Both the position numbers and the translations under genes were made by a program. Shown here in pieces: positions 53,562-64,000 of a stretch of 64,000 nt of DNA (positions within the stretch are counted from its first letter, which is position 1; each line of letters begins with the position of its first letter). The stretch is from Octopus sinensis (Eukaryota), in contig NC_042997.1 of assembly GCF_006345805.1 (NCBI RefSeq), positions 48,174,001 to 48,238,000 of the forward strand. The letters run 5' to 3'. The notes below the pieces were generated by a model, which was given only the letters and a program-made list of their open reading frames with translations, did not search any database and was not told the origin of the DNA.

Positions 53562-53856
53562 TGTATGTATATATACATATTATATATATATATATATATC
53601 TATATATATATATAATATATATATATATAATATATGTATATCTATCTGACTGTATAATTATATATATATATATTGTGGTGTGTGTGCGTGTGCTTGTATA
53701 TTCACGTGCACATATATGCGTATATATGAACAGCTATATATACAAATTTGCATATATTTACGTACACACACATACAGATACACACACAGACACACACACA
53801 CATATACATAGATACATATGACTGGTGATATTTATATAAACAGCCTAAAATGCACC

Positions 53857-53901
<45 letters not shown>

Positions 53902-54489
53902 AGTGTGTGTGTGAGCGTATATATATATATATATGTATTATATGTTATATATTATATATATATATTATATATGCGTCTCTGTGTGCGCGTACGTGTATGA
54001 GTGTGTGTGAAGGAGTGGGTGGGTGTGTTTGCGTGTTTATAAAGATATATATACACACATATATATGTATAAATATATATACAGAGAGAGAGAGGGGGGA
54101 AGAGAGAGATGGAGAGAGATATTGATATAGATATAGATATATATATGCATATAAATTTTGCAATATATGCAATGTTATATTTTATTCATATATGAATGAT
54201 AACGTCACGGAAGTGTTGGATATTCTGACATAGAGATAATTAAAATACCTATGGACATAAACATAAATATACGAGTAAAAACAACCTCTAATATACTAAT
54301 GTTAAAACAAAAATACTTATCACAATATTTATCTGTATCTATGAATTTATAGGTTAAGCAGATTCCGTGTGTACGTGTGTGTGTGTATACAAATACATTC
54401 ATATATATATATGAATTTATAGGTTAAGCAGATTCCGTGTGTACGTGTGTGTGTGTATACAAATACATTCATGTATATATATATATATA

Positions 54490-54900
54490 GGCGCAGGAGT
54501 GGCTGTGTGGTAAGTAGCTTTCTAAACAACCACATGGTTCCGGGTTCAGTCCCACTGCGTGGCATCTTGGGCAAGTGTCTTCTACTATAGCCCCGGGCCG
54601 ACCAATGCCTTGTGAGTGGATTTGGTAGACGGAAACTGAAAGAAGCCCGTCGTATATATGTATATATATATGCGTGTGTGTGTTTGTATGTCTGTGTTTA
54701 TCCCCCTATCATTGCTTGACAACCGATGCTGGTGTGTTTATGTCCCCGTTACCTAGCGGTTCGGCAAAAGAGACCGATAGAATAAGTACTGAGCTTGCAA
54801 AAAGAATAAGTTCCGGCGCCGAGTTGCTCGATTAAAGGCGGTGCTCCAGCATGGCCGCAGTCAAATGACTGAAACAAGTAAAGAGTAAGAGAGTAAAGAG
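54490..54900 (+). mobile_element. SINE family A, full length
   Basis: GGCGCAGGAGTGGCTGTGTGG head through ...TGACTGAAACAAGTAAAGAGTAAGAGAGTAAAGAGT tail. Confidence 0.9.
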
Positions 54901-56834
54901 TATATATATATATATATGAATGTATTTGTATACACACATACATGCATACATACATCATACATATATATATATATATATAGATATATATTATATATTAAAT
55001 GTATTTTGTATACAACACATGCATACATACATACATACATCATACTATATACTACATATATATATATAATATATATATATATATATGAATGTATTTGTAT
55101 ACACCACATACATGCATACATACCATACATCACATACATATATACTATATATATATATATATATATACACGCATGTGAGTTTGTGGGCGAATGTACATGT
55201 ATAATTATGTATATTTGTGCCTGAACGTGTATGTGGCTTTCTATGTTTTTTGTATATGTCTTGCCAGTTAAATGTGCACACATATATACACACATGCATA
55301 CACATTTATTATTATATATAAGTACAGGCATATACACCACACACGTACACTCACACACAGACACACACACACATACATACATGCACACACATACACTCTT
55401 GCATGCAAAATTAATCTATTTTTACCTTCCTCTCTTTTCATATCTACCCGAAAGAAAGAATTTGTCGGAAACTTCATTTCCCACTGCAATATCACTTTGG
55501 TCTGCCAGTCTAATATGTGTGTGTGTCTGTGCGAGCGTGCCTGTATGTGTGTGTGTATGTATACATATGTGTGTGTATATTTATATACCTTATACATATT
55601 TTGTTTTCACCTTTATACTAAATACACAAATATACATCTGTACTCTTGTGTTTTTGTTGTTTCACTATATATGTATACAATTTATATATATGAATACGTA
55701 TATATGTATATGTAGATATATATATAGATATAGATATAGATATATATATATATATATATATAATATATGATAGATGAATAGATGATAGATAGTAGATAGA
55801 TAATAGATAGTAGATAGATAGATAATAGATATATAGACAGATAGAAGAGAGAGAGCGAAGGGATAGACATACAGACATATATATATATATATATGTAATT
55901 ATACATGTATATAGATATATATATATATATATATTATATATATTATATATAATATATATATATTATATTAGATAGATAGATATAGATATATATACACACA
56001 CGCACAGGCACAATTTCGTGCTGCGGTAGAAGTTTGCTTCCCTATCAGAGGGTTCTCGGTTCAGGCCCACTGCATGTCATCTTTGGACATGGCACAAGGA
56101 CCAAGCTTTTAAAAAATATGTCCTGACATCGGTTCTTTGGACCTCAAAGTTCCTCAAAGCTCCAGCGTGGCTGTAGTCCAATGACTGAAAACAAAAATAT
56201 TAAGATACAAAAGAAATATATACGTGTTATACATACACACACACACATGAAAAGTTAGATCATATGAACACGAGACAAGTAGCCATGTTTGTCTCCTGTT
56301 GAATATGTTTAACCCTAGGTTGGCCCTTGCTGAAGAAGATCAGACCTTGCGAGTTCCCCCTGACTTGCTAAAAGAAGATCAGAAACCAATTGGTCCGGGG
56401 TACTAGATGGTAAATGTTTTTCATTTCCAAATTTATTCCTGTCGAATTTTATCCTTTATTTTTGTGGTTTACAGAACCTAGCTGTTCTTTCTAATGTGTT
56501 GAATTTCACGCAAAGTGGATTCCCTATGTGTATAAATATGCACTATATCGTAAGACTAATATATAGTCTTCTTGACTAAATTTTTTTTTGCACGTTAGGC
56601 CACTGGAAATGTAAACTTTGATTGAATGTTTTAATTTTAATTAAATTCCATTTCCCTTTGATATTATTAAACAGTATAAATATATATAGATAGAAACACA
56701 GAGGCAGACATACACGCGTATACTGATATAAATATACTAACATCTGTGAGTGCGTAAATCGCTGCAACAAGCAATTTATTTCCCCTGATGTCTCTATATA
56801 TGGAATGTGACGTCAGAATTGCCCTTCAGTTAAA

Positions 56835-57040
56835 GCAGTGAGCTGGCACAATCATTTGCACGCCGAAGAGAATTCTTAGCGTCATTTCGTCCGTCTTTAC
56901 GTTCAAATTCCACTGAGATCGACTTTATTTTTCATCTTTTCGGGATCGATAGAAAAAGTACCAGTCGAGCAATCGGCTCCATAATTCGACTTGCCAACCC
57001 CTCCGAAATTGCAAGCCTTGTGCAAAAATCTGAACCCAAT
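56835..57040 (+). mobile_element. SINE family B, diverged
   Basis: GCAGTGAGCTGGCACAATC...TTCAAATTCCACTGAGATCGAC. Confidence 0.7.
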
Positions 57041-57169
57041 ATTATGCTCCCCTTTGATTAATTCACATAGTCAAAAGTCATAGTGAACTTCCTATCGTGT
57101 AGAGTGAAGTCAGTTATAAGTTCTGAATGTTATATAAAGATTCTATTTTGTTAATTTATCTTAAGAAAA

Positions 57170-57840
57170 ACACTTTATTTCACGTTGCTCCAGTTCACTC
57201 AGCTGTAGAAATGAATTGGTGCCAAGCTGTATTGGTATTTGCCTTTCCCAGGGTTAATATCTATTTCTTTACTACCCACAAGGGGCTAAAAACAGAGAGG
57301 ACAAACAAGGACAGACAAACGGATTAAGTCAATTATATCGACCCCAGTGCGTAACTGGTACTTATTTAATCGACCCTGAAAAGATGAAAGGCAAAGTCGA
57401 CCTCGGCGGAATTTGAACTCAGAACATAACAGCAGACGAAATACCTTTTCTTTACTACCCACAAGGGGCTAAACACAGAGGGGACAAACAAGGACAGACA
57501 AACGGATTAAGTCGATTATATCGACCCAGTGCGTAACTGGTGCTTATTTAATCGACCCCGAAAGGATGAAAGGCAAAGTCGACCTCGACGGAATTTGAAC
57601 TCAGAACGCAACGACAGACGAAATACGGCTAAGCATTTCGCCCGGCGCGCTAACGTTTCTACCAGCTCGCCGCCTTATCCCAGGGATAATATCGGTGACG
57701 TAGAGAGGAGAGCTGGTATGCATGGGTATTTAGTGGTCTTCTGTAAAACACCTTGCTCGGAGTCGTGCCTCTGAGGATAACTTCTAGGTGCAATCCCATA
57801 GTCATTTATGACCCAAGGGTGTGTTTACCCTTTACCGTGG
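57170..57840 (+). mobile_element. SINE family C body, split by the SINE B dimer
   Basis: CACGTTGCTCCAGTTCACTCAGCTGTAG...GCCTTTCCCAGGG resumes after 57677 as GGGATAATATCGGTGACGTAGAGAGG, matching 27510-27740. Confidence 0.8.
57262..57677 (-). mobile_element. SINE family B dimer inserted into a family C SINE
   Basis: Two 183-bp units plus a head, flanked by the direct repeat TCCCAGGG(T/A)TAATATC at 57246-57261 and 57678-57693. Confidence 0.9.
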
Positions 57841-57984
57841 TGAACTCATATCCCATTCGCATATAATGTCGACAACTGTGATATCTTGGGTGGTTAGAAC
57901 ACTATGAATTTTCCTCAACAATGGTTGATTAGGCTCATGACGGCAATATCAGTTTGATGTAGATATTCGGTATTTTCTCACTTA

Positions 57985-58529
57985 TCTAGTATATAAAATC
58001 CGTTCTGTCTGTCTGTGTGTGTGTCTTCTAGGATCTCGGGCATCCTCCATCCGATTGGGCTCAAATTTGATATGTAGATACGGACGGTATCAGGGCGTGT
58101 ATAAGTCTTGAAAAAATTACAAAAATCAATTCCAGGTGAGAATGCGATCGATAACGCCGTGGGAAGTCGTTTTTCTTTGGACTAGAAAAAAAAGTATATC
58201 TTTATTTCTTCTTTTGCTGGTGTCTCAAATTTAGGTTAAATCAGTACTTCTCAAAGGGGAGGCCTATAGGACGGTCGGACAAGTTGTTTTGAGAAAATTG
58301 GGTTTAAATGTTTGACAACTCAGCACCGTCCATGGACCGGGGGTGTTTTGCTCGTATTTTATATGTGTGCAACATTGCTCCCATTTATTTACTTTCGCAG
58401 CACCGACTTCTTCATACACCGCTTGCACACGTTTTATGATTAATATGTCTCATGGAGTAAACAAATAGATAGTATTTACGTTTATATACATTAATCTATT
58501 GCAAACATTATGGCGCGTATTTTAGCTAG
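57985..58529 (+). mobile_element. Non-autonomous Helitron-like element
   Basis: 5' A|TCTAGTATATAAAATCCGTTCTGTCTGTCTG resembles the 14690 start. Candidate 3' end GGCGCGTATTTTAGCTAG with a decayed hairpin. Confidence 0.55.
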
Positions 58530-59027
58530 AACATCGCACCAGATGCAAACACGCAGGTACGCATACAAACGCAAACACAGACATACATGTATGTTTGCAT
58601 GTATGTATATATGTGTGTATGTGTGCATGCATGTATGTATATGTGTACATACACACTCGCGTGTGTGAGTGTGTGTTTTGCTTATTTCGATTCAAATCTA
58701 CCTTCTGTACAAATTTACCTGTACAAAAAAGACTGACAATCACATCTTTGCACTCACCTTAATTTCCTCTTGTCTTCCCAATCTCCTTACCTTTGCGCTC
58801 GCTCTCTTACCTTACCATATCAACGGTTTCTTCACACAAAACTAATCATTACATGCAAACATCAATATCTCCCAATCCCACAAAATTATCTCTCTATAGG
58901 CATGCACAAAACAGCACACGCTCTAAAAGACTTATGCACTACTCCCACTATACGACGGCTTTGTCCCTTCACCATTGTCTTTCATTTCATATATATATAT
59001 ATTTACACACACACACACACACATATA

Positions 59028-59111
<84 letters not shown>

Positions 59112-59112
<1 letters not shown>

Positions 59113-60235
59113 TAGCAGAGATACCCGGCGTTGCCAGAGTTACATACATTTGCAGAATTACTTTTCTGTTATATTTTCTCTAATGAAATGGAATATCTCT
59201 GTTTCAATTTTCATCAAAATTGCAGATGAGGGTTATTTCCCTCTTTACACACACCCAGTACTGATTTATATGCGCATATTCCAAAATTCCAGTCTTATTG
59301 GACCTGTTAAAAAGATTTTGCTCCTGAAAAATGAAGGTCATAGAGCTCTGAAATGTGAGAGTTAAGGCCCCTGTTTGGGTGGGCATATTAATGTCAACCA
59401 GAGAAGTTGAATTGTTGAGAATCTTTTTACTTGGGTCTTATATCTATTGTTTGAATTTCTTTAAAATAGGAAATATATATTCACTGGGTTTGTAAAAGAG
59501 AGCAAAGCTACAGGAAACCAAAAGACGAATGATCACAATAAGCAGTCAGTTACCCTACCCTAGTCGTTACCACTCCCAATGTAGGATTCCTCACCATCCA
59601 GGTGACAGGCACAGCCGTAAGATGCATTACGAATATATAGCAATTGGAAGGACGTGACCCAACCGAAATAAACATTAACAACAGTGTGACGTGAGGGCTA
59701 AGGAGAAATGAAAGTTGGAGTTTGCAAATGACCACAGTACTGATATGTAACTGGACAGAATAAATTTAAAATCTATAAACGTCTTTGAATAAGCAGTCAC
59801 TCATCTATGAATCATCTATGAATCATAATGTAAGTGTATGTCAAAGCTAACTCTTACACTGTTGTACCATTGAATTACAAATAATGCTCAACTTTTATGC
59901 TCAGGTAACCCTACAGCTTTCAAGAGCATAACTGTATTCGTTTTTGCTTTGATAAAATGACAAAATTGTGGGTGTTAAGTCCCCATGGTGGGGTCTTTAT
60001 AACTTGTAAGAAGATGAAATTTTATAAATATTACTTCGTTTGTATCTAATATCTATGGTTAAAATTTCCTCAACTGCAAAAAAATATGAATTGTCATGGG
60101 GTTATGGCCCTTATGCATAGAATTTCCAAATTTCATAAAGATCCATTCAGTAGTTTTGACCTAGTTTTGGATCAAAAAAGAAATGACTAAAATTTGGGAG
60201 TTAAGGCTCCCATTAGGGTTTTATATATATATATA
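59112..60235 (-). mobile_element. Non-autonomous Helitron-like element (reverse orientation)
   Basis: Minus-strand 3' end GGCAACGCCGGGTATCTCTGCTAG|T is nearly identical to the 3' end of the 14690 element. 5' boundary approximate (ATATATAAAA motif near 60220-60235). Confidence 0.6.
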
Positions 60236-60644
60236 TATATATAATAAATTAATTTTACTCTGCTATGTATTGAGTACCTTATTTACTGTGGTTAACCCCG
60301 AATCAACCCGGGACCTACATATATATATATATATGTAGATAGATAGATAGATATAGATATATACACACACACAAACAAAGATAAATTGATAGATACAACT
60401 GATTGGGCAAACAAAAATATGAGACACAGCCTAGTGCTTTTTTTATGTTGATAAGCCTGGTACTTATTGTATTAGTTTGTTCTTGTGAAACCAGTAAGTT
60501 AAGTGGATGTAAATAAATGAACAGCAGTTGTGAAGCAGTGATGAGGACGAAACACAGAGACAAAGACACACACATACTCTTACATATATATATATACATA
60601 TATATACGATTGATTTGTTTCAGTTCCCGTCTACGAAATCCATA

Positions 60645-63190
60645 TATATTGTTGCTGGCATCCTTTTTGTCTCGGGAGACAATAGAGTTGCGCATAAAAT
60701 AGTCTAGTCCGGCTTTTACATTTCATGTCCTCATACATTTCCTGCTGTGGCTGTGTAGTCCTATCCTGGACAAACTCTCCTTCTGGCAGGTACCGCAAAT
60801 GTAGCGAAGACTTTGCCTGGCTGGTTGTAATGTCATAGTTTCTTGTTGACGTCTTTTCTTGTCTTTCCATTTCTCCTCTCTTTCTCTGTCACTCCTTTGT
60901 ATTCCCTCTTTTACGGTGCGTCGCCATGGCAACTGCTTCCCAGTTGGTAATATTGATGTTGCAGGCATTCATGTCCCTTTTGCAAACATCCTTGTATCGT
61001 AAGCACGGTCTTCCCACAGACCTAGTGCCCCTAGTAAGCTCTCTGTAGAGTATGTCCTTGGGGATTCTGCCATTTTCCATACAGCTAACATGTCCAAGCC
61101 ATCCCATACGTCTTTGTGTGAGGAGTGAAAACATGCTTGGTATTCCTGCTTGCTTGGGGACATCTTTGTTTCGGATATGATTCTGCCATTTGATGCGAAG
61201 GATTTTCCTGAGGCAGCGCAGGTGAAAGATATTTAGGCGACGTATGGCGTATGTATGGCGTCCAAGTCTCACTTCCATACAGTAGAGTGCTAAGTACACA
61301 TGCCTGGTAAATATTCATTTTTTGGTCTTGGTCAGCTAATTGTTGTCCCATGCCCGTTTGGATAGGTGGTCCATCACAGCAGCTGCCTTGCCAATGCGTA
61401 TATTGAGCTCAGTATCAAGGGATAGGTTGTAGGTGACGGTAGAGCTAAGATAGGTAAACTTCTCCACCTCTTGTAGTCTGTGGTCACCAATATGTATGTT
61501 TGGGATGTCCGATGTAGCCTGACCCATGATGTTGGTCTTCTTGAGGCTGATAACTAAGCCAAAGTCGCTACATGCTTGCTCAAAACAGCTGATGAGCCTT
61601 TGTAGGGCTTCTTCTGTGTGTGATACCAGAGCGGCATCATTAGCAAATAGCACCTCCTTGATCAGGACGCTTCTGATTTTGGTCTGGGCACGCAGACGCG
61701 AGAGATTGAACAGTTTCCCGTCACTTCTACTGTGCAGAAACACTCCATCATCTGATGTCTGAAAGGCATGTGACAGCAGCAGCGAGAAGAAGATGCCAAA
61801 CAATGTGGGAGCAAGGGCACAACCTTGCTTTACTCCGTTTTTTATTTGGAAAGCGGTTGATATTGAACCATTGTGCTGTATGGTGCCTTGCATATCATCA
61901 TGGAAAGATTTGATGATCCTCAGCAGCTTTGGTGGACATCCGATTTTTGGAGCAGGATGAATAGGCCTTTTCTACTTACCAAGTCAAAGGCCTTTGTCAG
62001 ATCAATGAAGGCCAAAGATAATGGCATTTTCTGCTCTCTTGATTTCTGAAGTTGGCGTATGGAGAATATCATGTCAGTAGTTGATCTGCTTCTTTTAAAG
62101 CCACACTGCGATTCTGGATAAATTCGAGAGGCAAGCAGTAGTAGCTTGGACAGGATAACGCGAGCAAAAGCCTTTCCAACAGTGCTTAGAAGAGATATTC
62201 CACGAAAATTGTTACAATCACCACGTACACCTTCGTTTTTGTAAAGCGTAATGATGTTAGCATCCTGCATATCCTGAGGGACTGTACCATCTCCCCAGCA
62301 CTGACACAGAAGCTCATGAAGGTGCCGACCAGGATAGTGTTTTTGCCGGGGATGACGTGTTTTCCGGGAGCATTGTTACTTGCTAGGGAGTCAATAACCT
62401 TGGTGAGCTCTGCTATAAATGGCAGACTGTCAAGTTCACACATGACTGGCAAGATCTTGACACCCTCGATTGCAGCCTCAGCTACCGTGGTCTCTCGTAG
62501 AGGTCCTGGTAGTACTCCACCCATCTATCCATTTGCTTGCTTTGGTCCTTGATGAGATCTCCAGTAGTTGATTTCAGAGGGGCTGACTTTGTTGCGGATG
62601 GACTGAGGGCCTTCAAACCGGCATACATTCCACGGGTGTCGCCACTGTCGGCAGCTGACTGGATACTGTGACAGATTTCCTGCCAATACCTATTTGCACA
62701 GCGTCTGGCAGTCAGTTGGGTCTTATTTCTTGCCTTTCTGAGTTCTTCGAGTGACTTTGTAGAAGAATCACTCTTGCATTGCATCAGAGCTGCACGCTTT
62801 GTTTCGATAACTGTTTCCAGCTCTGAGAGCCCAGCACTGAACCAATCTGGGTTTTGCCTTTCTCTCATGCCGAAAGTATGTACTGATGTGGTATACAAAG
62901 CTTCCCTGATATAATTCCACCTACTTTCAGCAGAGGAGGTTGGGCAGCTACTGAGGGCAACCTTGATAAAAACAGCAAAACATTTTCGCAGGGTAGGGTC
63001 CGAAGTTCTGGCAGTGTTAATGCGTGGTCGGCCCATTGTCTTGGAGTGATGGACTTTCTTGGGCAGAATCCTCAGTCTGCTTCTTATTAGTGAATGATGT
63101 ATGTCATCATCCGCACTGCGGTAACTACGGGTCAGTTGAACAGAATTCAAAAAGGATCTTCGTGTAATGATGAGATTACTACACGAAGCC
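60645..63190 (-). mobile_element. 5'-truncated RTE-clade (BovB-like) LINE, frameshifted
   Basis: End of the APE domain (LIITRR...YRSADDDIHHSL), then RT motifs DANIITLYKNEGVRGDCNNFRGISLLS, YPESQCGF, FIDLTKAFDLVSR, GVKQGCALAPTLF and LFANDAAL. C-terminal W..HV.RM..GRIPKDILY, GRPCLRYKD, then a short CAGCAACAA tail. Split across several ORFs. Confidence 0.93.
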
Positions 63191-63339
63191 AAGCCAAGCC
63201 AATGATTCCAGTGGGCCGGTGGCTGTGTACGGTCGCCTCAATGTCGCCCAGAGCGTGCTCTGGTCGCCATAGCGTCGACTGTGGGCCGGTGGCTGTGTAC
63301 AGTCGCCTCAATGTTGTCCAGAGCTTTGCCCATGACATT

Positions 63340-63425
63340 CCATGTAAAGCATGTGTAATATTTGAATAAAATTGGTTGTGTAGTTCTCAAGGTTTAGGGT
63401 TTCAGACAGACACACATTCTCAGTT

Positions 63426-63432
<7 letters not shown>
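63340..63432 (-). mobile_element. 5' end of a Helitron-like/HINE-type repeat
   Basis: Minus strand reads ATATAAAACTGAGAATGTGTGTCTGTCTGAAACCCTAAACCTTGAGAAC, the same architecture as the starts at 14690 and 57985. Confidence 0.4.
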
Positions 63433-63465
<33 letters not shown>

Positions 63466-63500
63466 GTACATACATACATATATTATACATATATATATAT

Positions 63501-63545
<45 letters not shown>

Positions 63546-63699
63546 TATGTATGTATGTATGTAAGTATGGATGCATGCAAGTATATGTGTGTGTGTATGT
63601 GATTGTTCAGTTTTATTTAAAGATTTCCTTCCAATAGAGAAAGAGCCAGTTTCTAACCTAGATTCAAGGTTCCTTCATTGGAATTACAACATCAGCAAC

Positions 63700-64000
63700 A
63701 GAGTATTTTTGTTTTTATGTCTCTTCCATTTTTTAATAATAATAAATCTTCCAATGAGGAGGTAGCCTGTTACCGACAATGATACAAAGCTCTATCTTTG
63801 GGACAAATTCACATTTGGAACTTGAGAAATGTCTTGCATATTTTTACTGTTCCACTCACCGATAGCATTTGTGATGAACGAATTAGCCGGTCGATTTCTC
63901 CTTCTGAAAATCCATCCCAGTTTATCTAAATTCCCCCTTAAGCATTTACTACAAAACCTAGTGCTCCAATTATTGTTAGCATGAATATCAATTCATAGTT
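63700..64000 (-). mobile_element. RLE LINE 3' fragment, family X (runs off the window end)
   Basis: Minus strand reads YELIFMLTIIGALGFV...FSEGEIDRLIRSSQMLSVSGTVKICKTFLKFQM* (stop at 63811-63809), the same C-terminus as the 4554 fragment. Confidence 0.78.

Noticed and set aside
61590-61615. CUGAUGA-GCCUUU-GU-AGGGC
   Set aside because: It is the antisense of RTE coding sequence (EEALQRLISC) with no GAAA; coincidental.

Overview
AT-rich, microsatellite-saturated eukaryotic DNA. The SINE families point to an octopod cephalopod, probably Octopus (inference from repeat content, no search run). Only one host coding exon is supportable: a minus-strand first coding exon (47041->46633) with a strong ATG context, an Asn-rich leader, a hydrophobic signal/TM segment and a GTAAGT phase-1 donor. 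No further exon was recognised downstream, so 1-46632 is probably one intron of more than 46 kb. The rest is mobile-element debris: three or four tRNA-derived SINE families, a full-length but dead DD36E Tc1/mariner, an internally deleted maT/mariner-like element, five restriction-like-endonuclease LINE 3' fragments, an L1/Tx1 fragment, a 2.5-kb 5'-truncated RTE LINE, decayed Penelope-like remnants and Helitron-like non-autonomous elements. A 100-N gap has about 970 bp duplicated on both sides, probably an assembly artefact. The most interesting signals are (i) a roughly 400-bp element at 2073-2494 combining a hammerhead-ribozyme core, permuted copies of its missing strand, a 166-nt fold-back and a possible 11-bp TSD (retrozyme-like); (ii) further Penelope-type minimal hammerhead motifs; and (iii) a SINE that occurs as head-to-tail multimers with the same junction at two independent loci, one enclosed by a single TSD. 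Nearly all ORFs in the supplied track are microsatellite artefacts. Most TE boundaries were read by eye and are approximate.
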